Positions 12,132 to 23,900 of a DNA stretch of 64,000 nucleotides are shown here, one piece after another (position 1 is the stretch's first letter; every line of letters begins with the position of its first letter). Origin of the DNA: Spizellomyces punctatus DAOM BR117 (lineage: Eukaryota); assembly GCA_000182565.2 (NCBI GenBank), contig KQ257451.1, one strand, 5' to 3'. The notes under the pieces are model-generated. The model worked only from the letters and a program-made list of their open reading frames with translations, was not told where the DNA came from and searched no databases. The position numbers and the translations under genes were made by a program.

Positions 12132-13688
12132 CTATTCATGACCATGCAATGCCGCAATCAATGCAGCTCCTTCCCCACTTCCATCTCTCGCTTGTTCTAA
12201 CACAATATTCTCCGCCATGATCCCCAACAACTCTCTCAGGGCATCTCTCATCCTATTTGCAAAATGCGGGTAATGCTGAAAGACGCTTCCATCAACAGCA
12301 ACAGTACATGCATCCAACCGATTCATTTTCGTCACAATGGCAGCTACACCAGCTGCACTCAACCTCGCCGCACGAATGCCAACCAGCTCACAAACGTGCT
12401 TGACGATACGACGGTCTTGCACGGTTGTCGCCTGTAGACCTAAAATGTCTTCCAAAACTGCTTTGGTATCCGATAATTCCAGAGAATGGTCGCGCTCAAT
12501 TCGGGACATGTAAGCCGTTTCGAATTGATAGGGTGTCGTCAATGTTTGCGATGAACGGCCTTTAAACAGTTCACCGGTAGAAATGAGGTCCAAAAGGACA
12601 TGCCGCACAATCTCCCCCAAATACATTCCCGAAATCATTTTCTCAAAGATTTGTTTTCGCGGATTCGTGGACGCTCGATCGAGGTCGCGATCAAAAGAGG
12701 TGATGGGTAAAACGGAGGCCTCATCGTATGCCCCCCACTCGGTATTGATTACCATTTCCTTCGTGGGCGGGATGGGACCCGTCCATTTGGGTATTTCTTC
12801 AATACGCTCAACATAGGCGGCATTTGTCCCTGTGCCAAAAATGACGCCAACGTACGTTTGGGGATCGCGGTAGGCGTGGGAAATGAGGGTCCCGACGGTG
12901 TCATTAACGAGCGCGGTAACTTTGATGTTTATATGGGCCTTTTTGAGCGCTTTGTTGAGAAGTTCTACGACGTCGGCTTTGAGAACGCCAGTGGCAGAAA
13001 AGCCCTTGTTCCATTGCATGAGGGTGCCAGAGTTGATGGCATGTTGTTCGATGGGGAAGGAAAAGGTAAATCCGAGACTGCGCGGTTCGCTTGGATTGAG
13101 GCCAAGTTCCTGAAGAAATTTGCCGATGCATTCTGCAAAAAAGTCAAAGAGAGCTTCGCCTGTACCGGTTTTCAGCTCATCAGAGACAATGTGTTTGGTC
13201 TGACGGACGCGGGTCTGGCCCTGTCCTTCAAGAGTTACGAGACAAACTCGGAAATTGGAACCGCCCAGATCGAGGGCAAAGAATGACCCAGTCTCGAACC
13301 CTGTAGGGCGGGAGATGACATAGGAAGGAATCATTTTGAGGGTATGCCCATCTTGTGCAAGACCTTTCTTCATTTCATTGACAAGATGGCGAACCATGGT
13401 TTGCAGACGATGCGAGGAGACTGTGAACTCTCGTTCGAGGCGGGGGAGAGTTCCTTCTGCTGCCACAAACGACGGGACGTTCCATGACTGTCGTCTGATG
13501 GCTGGGAGCGCATCTGGTGAAGTAATTGGGGATGCATCCGGGTGATGTACCGAGTCGCGTGGTGGTGTGGTGTCCTTTGAATGTTGAGTCTTTGCACCCG
13601 TCCACGCGGAGATAAAGTACTGGACGGCAGCCGTGAGCGCGACGCCGGTTGTCAGGCCGAAAATGAAAAGAGGCGTGTCAAGGTCCAT
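12132..13688 (-). CDS. HXK: Hexokinase with N-terminal hydrophobic anchor, intronless
   Basis: Motifs ALDLGGSNFRV, LGFTFSFP, VNDTVGTL, GTGTNAAY, INTEWG, FEKMISGMYLGE, DGSGEGAA. First ATG at 13688 (MDLDTPLFIFG). Confidence 0.96.
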   Translation of the reverse strand: MDLDTPLFIFGLTTGVALTAAVQYFISAWTGAKTQHSKDTTPPRDSVHHPDASPITSPDALPAIRRQSWNVPSFVAAEGTLPRLEREFTVSSHRLQTMVRHLVNEMKKGLAQDGHTLKMIPSYVISRPTGFETGSFFALDLGGSNFRVCLVTLEGQGQTRVRQTKHIVSDELKTGTGEALFDFFAECIGKFLQELGLNPSEPRSLGFTFSFPIEQHAINSGTLMQWNKGFSATGVLKADVVELLNKALKKAHINIKVTALVNDTVGTLISHAYRDPQTYVGVIFGTGTNAAYVERIEEIPKWTGPIPPTKEMVINTEWGAYDEASVLPITSFDRDLDRASTNPRKQIFEKMISGMYLGEIVRHVLLDLISTGELFKGRSSQTLTTPYQFETAYMSRIERDHSLELSDTKAVLEDILGLQATTVQDRRIVKHVCELVGIRAARLSAAGVAAIVTKMNRLDACTVAVDGSVFQHYPHFANRMRDALRELLGIMAENIVLEQARDGSGEGAALIAALHGHE

Positions 13689-14007
13689 TCTTTTGACGAG
13701 AGGATGAGAGTCAACCAACAAGCACGCAAAAGCTACAAGCTCAAAGATGAAGCAGAGCCCAAAGAAAACAAAAGCCGGCGATGACAAGGATGTCCAAAAG
13801 AGCACAAGCGCATCGATAGCCTCAAAGCCCTTGTGACATCACGAGTCACGTGCCTAATTGAACGCTGCGCAACTCTTTTTTGGAACACTTTAAGCACACG
13901 ACTGGCACAAAACGGCCGCGCTTCCACGATCATAAACAAAAGTTTATTTTTTTTTTTATTATCGATTTTGGGGATATGGCTTTTGTGGATTTTGCAAGGA
14001 TGAACAG

Positions 14008-14015
14008 TATATAAA
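14008..14015 (+). promoter_or_regulatory. TATA box upstream of the GH15 gene
   Basis: TATATAAA about 70 bp before ATG 14082, with a poly-T tract just upstream. Confidence 0.55.
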
Positions 14016-14081
14016 GGGATAGGACGGGTTGTGGTAGATCCCCATTCATCGCGACCTTGTCGTTGTCGTCGTCGTCAAAAG

Positions 14082-15485
14082 ATGGCCATTGAACACCCCC
14101 CTCTCAAAGTTCTTGTTCACAACAAGGTCCTCGCTCAGCACATTAAACAATCTTACACTCGCAAAGATATCGAGTCCATTTGGTCTCTGCTCAATGCCAA
14201 AAAGTCGCTTGATTTCCCAACTGTAACAGGGAGAGGTCTCTTCAAGGCCGCCCTCGCCCACTCGGAAGATGAATCTGATTATACCGGCTACGACAATGTG
14301 TGGGTCCGTGATAATATCCACGTTGCCCATGCTCACTGGGTCATAGGGAAAGCCGATGCTGCCGTACGAACCATTGATGATTTGGCGGCCTTTTGGTTAA
14401 ATCCAACGAGTGAAAAGAGATGGAAGGATTGCATTACCCAAAAAGTAGATTACAATGCGGATGTCATGCAGCGACCCCACATTCGCTTTAACGGAACATT
14501 GCTGCAAGAGAATGAGCAAACTTGGGCTCATGCTCAGAATGATGCCATTGGATACTTTGTATGGCTGCTGTGTTCGTTGATCAACGAGGGTCATACTACA
14601 CTCGCCGAATCGCATATCCAGTTGCTGACCTTGATTCCCTTGTACTTTAATACGATCCAATTCCATCAAGATCAAGATAGCGGACATTGGGAAGAGGCTC
14701 GCAAAGTCGAGGCATCCTCCATCGGTCCGGTCACAGCCGGTTTGTCGGCTGTCCTCTCTCTCCTCTCCAAGGACCCGGCAGCCGCCAGCGTACTCCAAAC
14801 GTCCTATACCAAAACCGCTCGCGAACTGTCCCTCACTACTCTCCCTGAAACCTACGTAGAGCTCATCAAGACCCTCCACACAGCCGGCACTCAGATCTTG
14901 GCAAGTCTCCTTCCTTCAGAATCACCCTCCCGGAAAACAGACGCAGCCCTTCTTTTCCTCCTCTACCCTCTTCGTCTCCCCATCCCAAATCAGACCAAGC
15001 ACGAAATTATTACCAACGTTGTCAAGGACCTCGCCGGTGACTATGGTATCAGACGTTACAAGGGCGACTCGTACTGGATGGCGAACTACAAAAAGGTTTT
15101 TTCAGAGGAAAATCGTACGGCAGATTTCTCCAATGATATGTCTGCGCGTGACCAGTTCTTGAAAGAAGGGCAAGAAGCTCAATGGTGTATTTTCGATTCG
15201 ATCCTGTCTTGCATTTACGGTCATCTGTACATGGAGGCCAAGAACGATTCAAACAAGACACCAGACCATCTTCAACAGCTAAAGGAGTCTCAGGTTTTGT
15301 ACTTTAATCGCGCACTCGGACAAATCACCGGCAGCGAGAACTGTCCTTTTGGAGAATTTTGGTGCCCAGAGAGTTATTACATTGAGGATGGAAAGTATGT
15401 GACGAACGATGTGTGTCCCTTGCTTTGGACACAGGCGAATTTGGTATGTGCTATGAGCATGATGCTGAAGACTCTCGAGGCCTAG
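14082..15485 (+). CDS. Glycoside hydrolase family 15 (glucoamylase / phosphorylase-kinase-alpha-beta-like), intronless, no signal peptide
   Basis: Motifs GYDNVWVRDN, DSGHWEE, DAALLFLLYP, GIRRYKGDSY, CPESYY, PLLWTQANL. Confidence 0.88.
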   Translation: MAIEHPPLKVLVHNKVLAQHIKQSYTRKDIESIWSLLNAKKSLDFPTVTGRGLFKAALAHSEDESDYTGYDNVWVRDNIHVAHAHWVIGKADAAVRTIDDLAAFWLNPTSEKRWKDCITQKVDYNADVMQRPHIRFNGTLLQENEQTWAHAQNDAIGYFVWLLCSLINEGHTTLAESHIQLLTLIPLYFNTIQFHQDQDSGHWEEARKVEASSIGPVTAGLSAVLSLLSKDPAAASVLQTSYTKTARELSLTTLPETYVELIKTLHTAGTQILASLLPSESPSRKTDAALLFLLYPLRLPIPNQTKHEIITNVVKDLAGDYGIRRYKGDSYWMANYKKVFSEENRTADFSNDMSARDQFLKEGQEAQWCIFDSILSCIYGHLYMEAKNDSNKTPDHLQQLKESQVLYFNRALGQITGSENCPFGEFWCPESYYIEDGKYVTNDVCPLLWTQANLVCAMSMMLKTLEA

Positions 15486-15648
15486 CATAGAGTGAGTGTA
15501 ATACAGTTAGAAGCATGGGTGGTAAATGATGGTTGTATATTTTGTACAAAAACAATAAGATTCCCGAAGAAATAAATATGATATACATAACCGTCTCCTC
15601 CACAGACGAATCAACATCACCTAGAAACACCTTACCCGAGACTCAGTA

Positions 15649-18600
15649 CTACTCCTTTCTTCGTCCAGGTGAATCCTTGGGTCTCGGCGGTAGCGGATGC
15701 CTCCGTTTCACGGACCGTTCATCTTCCTCCGCAGATCTCTTCATACGTCGCGGCGTCTCAGACTCGGATTTACGCGGTTTCCTAGACGGAGACAATGACT
15801 CTTGGTCATGAGAGTCTTTACGTTTGTCCCTTTCCGAACCAGGTTGGTTCATAGACCTCGAATCTTTGCCTTTGGCCGACAAGTTGTCCGTTTTGGTCTC
15901 ACGGGTACTCGAGGTTTCCCACTTACGCTCCTCCCGTCTAGCGTCGGTGGTCTTGTGGGTATCGCTTTCCAGACTCGTTCGTCGTGACGATCGAGAGGAC
16001 TCCTTTCTCCATACGTCCTTTCCTCTCCTACCTTCATCCTCCAGATGGGTCCGTCTCGACGGCGATGGGTGATGATCCTTCGATTCTTTATCCCTTCTGC
16101 CATCATCCTCCAAGGTATCTCGTCTCGACCGCGACGACCGGTGATCGTTAAATCCTTTCTCCTTCGTGGGATCATCCTCCAAACTAGTTCGTCTCGATCG
16201 TGCCGAGTCGTCATCCTTCGATTCTTTCCTCTGGTTATCATCTTCCTCCAGACCAGTTCTTCTCGTCCGCGAGGGAAAATGGTCCTTCGATTCTCTTTGC
16301 TTGCGGTCATCTCCGAAGCTAGTTCGTCTCGATCGCGACGAGCCGTCGTCCTTTGATTCTCTGATCTTCTTAGCATCATCCTCTAATTTGGTCTCTCTCA
16401 ATCGCGGCGAGGTATCATGCTTCACATCTTTAGCTGACTTTCTGGTTACGGATGGACTTTTCGGATCATCCAAGCGCTTCTCATCCGACCTAGTCCCTGA
16501 TTTTGTCTCCTCTTTTCGCTCTTCACGCTTCCCTATAAGATCCTCGTTATCTAAGCTTCGCCGCTTCGTCGGATGATCAGGTTCATCGTCACGTTTCCGC
16601 TTGTCACTGCCAGACTCTCTTGTTCCCAGTTTGTTCTCAGTGCTTGGGTCACGGGACGATGATTTGGGTTCATCTTTCTTCTCGCTGATGCGAACTTTTG
16701 CAGTTGAGCGGTGAATGTCTGGTTCAGACGCCTCCTCTTTACGGGTGGTTGAACGTTGAGATTCTTCCTCCTTATTTGAGTCCAAAAAATCCGATTTGGT
16801 CTCCATCTTGATACTTTCACGACCACCTCGAGGCTGTTCCCGTGCTGACTGGCGCTTGGCATCGCCGGAGGAAGCGCGATGCAACTTTGGTCGCTCTGAT
16901 ATGGGGAGGTCGGCGTCACCATGTCGATTGTCCCTTCGGTCTCCACGCCCTTGATCCCCCGTCCTCGATTCAGTCCTCTTTACCTCGCGCTCGGAAGTTT
17001 TTTCCGGAGTGCCGTGATTACGCACGTCCCGTCGTTGCCCTCCGCTGTCATCTTCCTTCTGACCTTGTGATGCAGCGACTGATCGACGGTCGGATTTGGA
17101 ATGCCCCTCATCTCCTTTGTACTCAGTCTGGTCTTTATCGCGAGGTTTATGTACACCGGGACTACGACGATCATAAACGACAGAGTCTCGTTGCTTCTCC
17201 TCTGACTTTGCATCCACTTTTCCTGCAGCCTTTTTCTCATCAGATTTTTTGTCCAATACCATGTGATTGTCTCTCTTATCCCTTTTGTGATCGTCGCTCT
17301 TCCTTCTGCTATCATGAATCCTTCTTCCTTCGCGATCATCCCGCTTGTTGTTATGGTGTTCCTTGTCCGTCCGTGTGTGATCGGACTTTTTGTCCACCAG
17401 TGCGCGATCATCTCGCTTATCATGTTTGTGGTCCTCACTCTTTCTGCCGCCATCTGCTTTCGTCCCCTCGCGATCATCCCGCTTGCTGCTTTTGTGATCC
17501 TCGTCCCGTCGTTTGTCATCCGATCTCTTGTCCGTCTCCCTACAATAGTCACGGGTATCATGTTTGTGTTCCTCGCTCTTTCTGCCGATATCTGTTTTGG
17601 TCCCCTCGCGATCGTCCGGCTTGCTGCTTTTGTGATCTTCGTCCCCTCTCTTGTCATCCGGCCTTTTATCTATCGCTCCACGATCTTCTCGCTTATCGTG
17701 TTTGCTACCTTCGCTCTTTCTGTTAGGATCAGATACTTTGTCCCCGTTGCGAGAATTCCCCTTGTCGTGTTTTTGTTCCTCATCCTTTTGTTTCTCGTCG
17801 GACATTTTATCTACCTCGCGGTCCTTTTGATTGTGGCGCTCGTGATACATACCCTTTCTCTTGTCATCAGCCTTCCTATCCAGGTATCGATTATCCAACA
17901 TTCCATGCGATCCATTTACGTCCCTTTCCTTCTCGTCAGCATTCTTCTCCACCGCTCGCTGTTCCGGCGTGTCGCGTGACTCCTCCTCCCTCTTCCGTCC
18001 CTCCCGCGCCCGTTCTCTATGACTCTGTCGATCGGAAGGGGTCCTATGACCTTGAGCAGGTTTCAAAATTGGCTCTTCGTTCTTTGCGTTTCTGTGGCTC
18101 CTTTCCTCCCTGGCCTCATGATTGGGAATGTAGACATCGCGACCTCGTCCTCTGTCATCCTTCGTGCTGCGTTCTCGGTCTCCGCGCCCGCTGGTCTCAC
18201 TAGTAACGCTATAATGATCATGACCGGACCTTCGCCCTCTGTCATCCTTTACTGACGATGCGGCATGACTTTCACGCTCGGTCCGGTCGTCTCGCCCACC
18301 GCTCTCGCCACCAGGGACGTACCGGTCGTGCCCACCTTTTTGCCACCTCTCATCCTTCCCCACCGAATCTGCCCGATTCCCATATCTACTCGAGCGGTCC
18401 CCATTCCAATCGTCCCGCTCATCCCTAATTCCAGAATTATACCGATCCAAGCGATCTCCCCCTCTTCCTGACATCCCGACGTCGGCAAGTCGTCGCCTTC
18501 GAACCACCTTGCCAGATCTCAATCTAAAGGCATCTGAATGAACGGGTAGCGGCGGTGGAAGATGCTCCAGTGGTGCCAGGCCTGGTATCATTCTGGACAA

Positions 18601-20616
18601 GTTGGCTCGCTCATTAAAAGCTCGGGCGGCTTGTTCGTGCCGGAGTCGCATGCCATATTCATGAGATTCTTCCCATGTCGGAAAACTGGAGATGGACCAA
18701 ACGCTCAATATTCCATTCTCGATTGAAAATATAATTTAACATACTCTGAAGTATTGGGTTCCGCGGCCCTAGGCTCTACCAAGAAGTAATCGTGCCGAAG
18801 AGCCTCATCGGCAGTTGGCCGTCGGTCAGGGTCCAGATTTAGAAGATAGTCGATGAACGCAATCGTTTGAAAATCCAACCTGGCGTAGTGATATAACCAA
18901 GTGAGCAAGAATGAGCAAATTTTGATGTCTACACCGCGGGTGAATGCTGCTTACCGTTCACTAGAGTAAGCATCCCAAATCCTTCTCGGCTGTGGCTGAG
19001 GAGTGACAGTTCCATCTTCCAACTTTGGAAACTTCCCCTGACGTTTTCCATTAGAACTTCGATAATCCGCCGGATCAGGTGTCCCGCATATCGAAAAGAT
19101 TTTTTCAATCAATTCCACTTCCGTAGCACCTTTGAATATAGGCCGTCTGTCCCACATTTCAGCAAAGATACAACTGTCGAATGTATGATTAACTCTTCAC
19201 GATTGAAGTATAGTAGCAATTCTGGCAATAACTCACCCTATTCCCCACATATCAACTGCAGCAGTATAATCTTGCTTCCCCAGTAGAAGCTCGGGAGCTC
19301 GATACCACAGCGTCACCACTGTGGGGGTCAGCCTCCGACCCGCGCTTGGATCAAATGAGCGCGCCAATCCAAAGTCTGCGATTCTGAGATTTCCACCGTT
19401 GTCAATGAGGATATTTGCTGATTTCATGTCACGGTGGAGTATATTCCGCTTTATACGAGCGCAGCATGAGTTCACGCCTTATCTGACCAATATGATATCA
19501 TCACTAACTTGGTGGAGATACAGTATGCCATCCAGCATCTGCTTTGTGAATGATTTAATGTGAGATGGGTCGAATGTCACTTGAGGATTGTCTAGTAGTC
19601 CGCTAAGATCGTGCTTCATGTACGGAAAGACCATAAATAATGTCGCCACTTCCTCAGCCCGACGGTCACCTTGAAGATGAAAGCTAACTCAATCGGCCGG
19701 TCGTCTTAAAATTAGAAGAAGACAGAATAGCGCATACCTCTTCGCACAGCAATCTCTTCGAGATTAATGAGGTTGGGGTGACGAAGAGACTTCAAGATTG
19801 CGATTTCTCGTACAGCAGTAATAGGTAGCTAGAATATAAACAGCTTGTTAGGCAACAAGCACCAGACGTGAAAATCAAAATACAAGTACCCACTCCATCT
19901 CTGTCCTTGTGCAGAATGATCTTCTTCAGTGCTACTTTTCTTCCGGTAGATTTATGCTTTGCTATAGTTACCTCCCTTTGAGATGATAATAAGCCGCAAG
20001 TCCACCTTCCGGTAAATTGAACGTACTCAACTCACCCAAATGTCCCTTCCCCGACCTTCTTAGAGCTCTCAAACTCACTTATGTCCGAGGTTCCTGTGTA
20101 GGCACTAAGCGCTTGTGACAGAGGGACGTCAACGTCGTGGAAATTAGGAGATAGATATGGCGTTGGGGGGCTTTTGAAAAGTTCGAGAAACTCGGGCGGT
20201 GGGGAAGGGCGACGAACGTCTGGTGCAGCACGTGATTTGTGATGCGCTGATGGTCGAGGAGACGTGCGATTCGACTCTGGGGGAAGAGATGTATCCCTCG
20301 TTGACGATTCGGACATCTCACCTTCTTCTAGTTCATTTGAAGGACTGCGTTGTTTTGTATCTGGCTTGATTTTTTTTACATCTGGTTTTCCTTCGTCGCC
20401 CACCTCCGAGATTGGCCTCTTGACTCCAGCAGCGGGTTCTGAGGACCTTTCCTTCGGTTGAAGCTTTTCCCCATTACCATCCTCCTGGCTGACCTCTGCG
20501 GGCCGCTTGAATGTGTCTGGTTGCGGTGATGTCGATTCCAGTGACGTTTCCTTATGGTCCGGTGAGTTCGTCTTTGCGGATTTGTCATTGACGGCACTAC
20601 TGGTTTCTTCCGCCAT
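15649..20616 (-). CDS. BUR1: BUR1/CDK9-family CTD kinase with ~1000-aa charged C-terminal tail
   Basis: Exons give [67 protein letters not shown]. The last exon is ORF 15649..18708. Confidence 0.88.
15960..16400 (-). repeat. Degenerate ~66-75 bp coding repeat ([16 protein letters not shown]) in the kinase tail
   Basis: About six recurrences of a (t/c)cgtctcga-like core, visible in both DNA and protein. Confidence 0.75.
17240..17760 (-). repeat. ~138 bp (46 aa) coding tandem repeat, about 4 copies, in the kinase tail
   Basis: A tatcatgtttgtg-like anchor recurs at ~17277, 17418, 17556 and 17694. Confidence 0.85.
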
Positions 20617-20902
20617 TCTGCATGGGCGCGCAGGTAGCTGAAAGAATAATGTCGACGGTGAAGGCCAAAGGGCAAGATGGCTAAATGGAATGGAGTCTTT
20701 GGAAGCACGGATGAAGATCGGAGCCATGAGGGACGACTGTGGCGTTGGTGTGGCTCGTGCTGGCGCGTGGATGACTCACTCAGCGAGTGCTCCAACTTCC
20801 GCTGGTGATCTGTTTGGTGACGATCTGACACGGGCTGTAGATTGGACTAGTGAAGGACGGTCGTAACAAGTAGCAAACGAGTGCCCGTGAGACTTATGCC
20901 TC

Positions 20903-23900
20903 ATGGCTCAAAGTTGGACGGAAGTGCGACGAGTAGGGCTGGGTAAGCGCTCATAAGCAGGAAGGAAGGAAGGAAGGGAGGCATGGCGACGGATTCCAGA
21001 GAAAGAGGGTCGTGCTCACTCTATCGCAGGCGAAGGCAGACTACGACTGAGCGAGCATGGCCCATGGTCCTCAGCCTTGTGCCTCCTCATGGCGATATCA
21101 GTCTTCTTCGTAGCATTGATGCCTGGATGGTAATATTCCCCTAGGCACCGTACTTGCACCTGTTCAGCCGATATCTTGTCTCACTTTCGACCCACTTGAA
21201 GAGCTATTGTGGACAGGCGGGGAAAATGTAAACATTGTGTAAATTCAATTTGATATAGTCATTGCGTCGGATTAGTTTTTTCTTACCCCCTGCCGCTTGT
21301 CCAAATCTTTTTGTTTGCGTCTGCCGATAATATAGGGCCAAATTTCCTCCCTGTTTATTTCCTCCGGCGATCTTGCCAGATACACCAGCTTTCCTGCACA
21401 TGCTACTCGGGCGCATAAGATGTTGTTAAATGACCAAGGCTTGTTTTCCATTGGGGGTAAAAATATTCGTCACACACATCGACGTGGGTTAATGAAATGG
21501 AACATAAGGTATCTTTGAAGCGAAGTTATTCAACCTTGGGGCTTTCGACATGCATTTCGGATGGAGTAATGGCATGATCTCTCTTAACACTACTTGCAAT
21601 AATGGTCGGTTCATCTAGCATCGATCCGGGACACACACCCTTGAGCATGTCTTTCACCAATACAACATCCGAACTGTTGGTCGCGACCTCCAGTCGATCT
21701 CTCATGCTGATAAATTTGTTCCGAGGGAGTATTATTAGGCAGGTGCGTAAAGTCCTGCAAGCCGGATCATCTCATTTGTCGGCGCCGTCTAATCCTTCAG
21801 TTGTGTAATCATCTTAAGTTGGACGTTGATGATAATGTGACAGTCATGAAACAGGCGAGGGTAATTTGCTGCGGGACAGCAACAGGTCGAGTTGGACTCC
21901 GAGATCCGCGCACGTTGAAGGAGGAGCACAGTTTGATGGCGCATACGGGTACCATTGGAGATTTGGACGTTGCAGGAAACATCATGATCACTTGCGGATT
22001 TTCTGCAAGGTTTGTGGTAGAAGTGATATGCAGAAATTGCTGAGTTGATGGCTTAAGTGTGCTTTTATCAGAGGGAACAAGATGATGACGGATCCAATGA
22101 TAAAACTGTTCGATATACGCACAATGAGGGCATTACCACCCATTCCTTTTCCTTCCGGCCCAAACTATCTGCACTTCCACCCCAAAATCTCCTCAATAAT
22201 CCTTGCCGCGTCCCAAAATGGTCAATTTCAGCTCTGTGATGTTTCTAATGCGTCTAATGTCCGATTTTTCCAGGTAAGCCTCAATATCGAAGAGCATTGG
22301 TTGAAAAGGGTTAAGTTGAAAACTCTGTCACAGGCAAATATCAGTGGGTTCCTGAACTCTATCGAATTCTCCAGCTCCGGAGAGATGCTTGCTTGTGGTG
22401 ACTCTTCCGGAGTCGTGTCACTATGGACCGAGAAGCCAGACTGTCGAGTAAATCTGTTTTCTCGGCCAACCGAGTTTGCTGACACTCCCGCACCGCCGCC
22501 AGCAGTGGAAATAGGAGACAAAAGTCCACTTTCCTTGATCGGAATGCCATACTACACCTCCGAATTGCTCTCCTCCTGGCCAGCAAAGCTAACGTTCGAA
22601 GCCGGACAACCGGCACCGAAGATTCCGCCAGAAGTCCTCGCGAACGTGAAGATGATAGACTTTGTCGGATACGCCCCCAACCCTGGAACCTTTAAACGCA
22701 ATCAAAATTTGGCAATGGCCCGTAAGGCCCGAAAAGAAATGCTCGATGTTCCCAAATTCAGATCTGAGCAAGATCGCGAAAAGTACTTTGGCAAGAATAC
22801 CCAGGGTCGCGATGTAAGCTAACAAATGGTGGTTTCATATCTCGAGATAACTTCTTAAACAAGTCCCTAGACACCGCAAGGCGTCGATGAAGAGGTTGTA
22901 AACGCCGTACCGCTCGCGAACGCTATGCCCAAATACTATCGTCGGGTCGAAATCAAGTACAGCAAATTTGGCGTGGAGGACTTTGACTTCGGCTTTTACA
23001 ATAAAACATCGTATGGAGGTCTCGAAACCCATATTGTGAACTCTTACTGTAATGCCATGCTGCAAGTCCTCTTCTTCACAACACCTTTGCGCGAGATCAC
23101 AAAAGCACACATCAATGCGAATTGTCCAAAGGAGTATTGCCTATCGTGTGAGCTCGGATTCTTGTTTAGAATGCTGGAAGATGCCAAAGGCGCAAACTGT
23201 CAAGCTACGAACTTCTTGAGGGCTTTCAAAACAATACCGCAGGGTTAGTTGCCACGACACCTCTATTCTGGCTTTCATATACTAAGGGAAGCCTTCGCTA
23301 TCACACAGCCAATGCCTTGGGGTTGTTTGAGCCGGATCAACCAAATCCGTCGACGTCGTACGCCACCCTCATTCAAAACTTCAATCGCTTTGTTTTGGAA
23401 CAACTGCAGTCCGAGCTCGGCATGCACATGGGAACGGTCATCATCCATCGGGACTATGACAAGGACCAGATGCCTTCGGTTATGCAGCAGATCTATGGGT
23501 TAAAGTTGCAAGCTATTAGCCATTGTCAGTGCAATAGCCAGCAGGCACGAGATACGTATCCTTTTGTAGTGGACTTGACATATAGTTGGAAGGGTTCACA
23601 TGCGAAAAGCACAAAAGATCGGTTCGGAGACGTACTTCAGCATAGTATAAATCGCGCTTCTTCGACCAAGGCCTGGTGCAACAGCTGCAAACGCTACCAG
23701 CCGACAACTCAGTTTCGGCGGTTACAACGTCCTCCAAATGTCATGAGTATCAATGCGGGCGCTACTACCGAAGAGGATCTTGACCTCTACCGTTCAGAAG
23801 GTAAAAGAGTTTGGTCTTCAGGATTGTACTGTTATAGCTCGTGGTATACTAATCCACTGCACAGATAAGCCGTGGCTCCCTCCACGGTAAGGTGCAAACT

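Noticed and set aside
17240-17760. Regularly spaced repeats considered as a CRISPR-like array
   Set aside because: In-frame degenerate coding repeats in a eukaryotic exon, with no unique spacers or cas genes.
16842-17979. Long antisense hydrophobic or Cys-rich ORFs resembling membrane proteins
   Set aside because: Mirror of the purine-rich R/D/E/K repeat on the coding strand. The same applies to 8470..8949.
23030-23075. Cys in PAN2 NSYCN as a reactivated USP catalytic residue
   Set aside because: YCN is the usual PAN2 pattern and is offset from the USP catalytic Cys.
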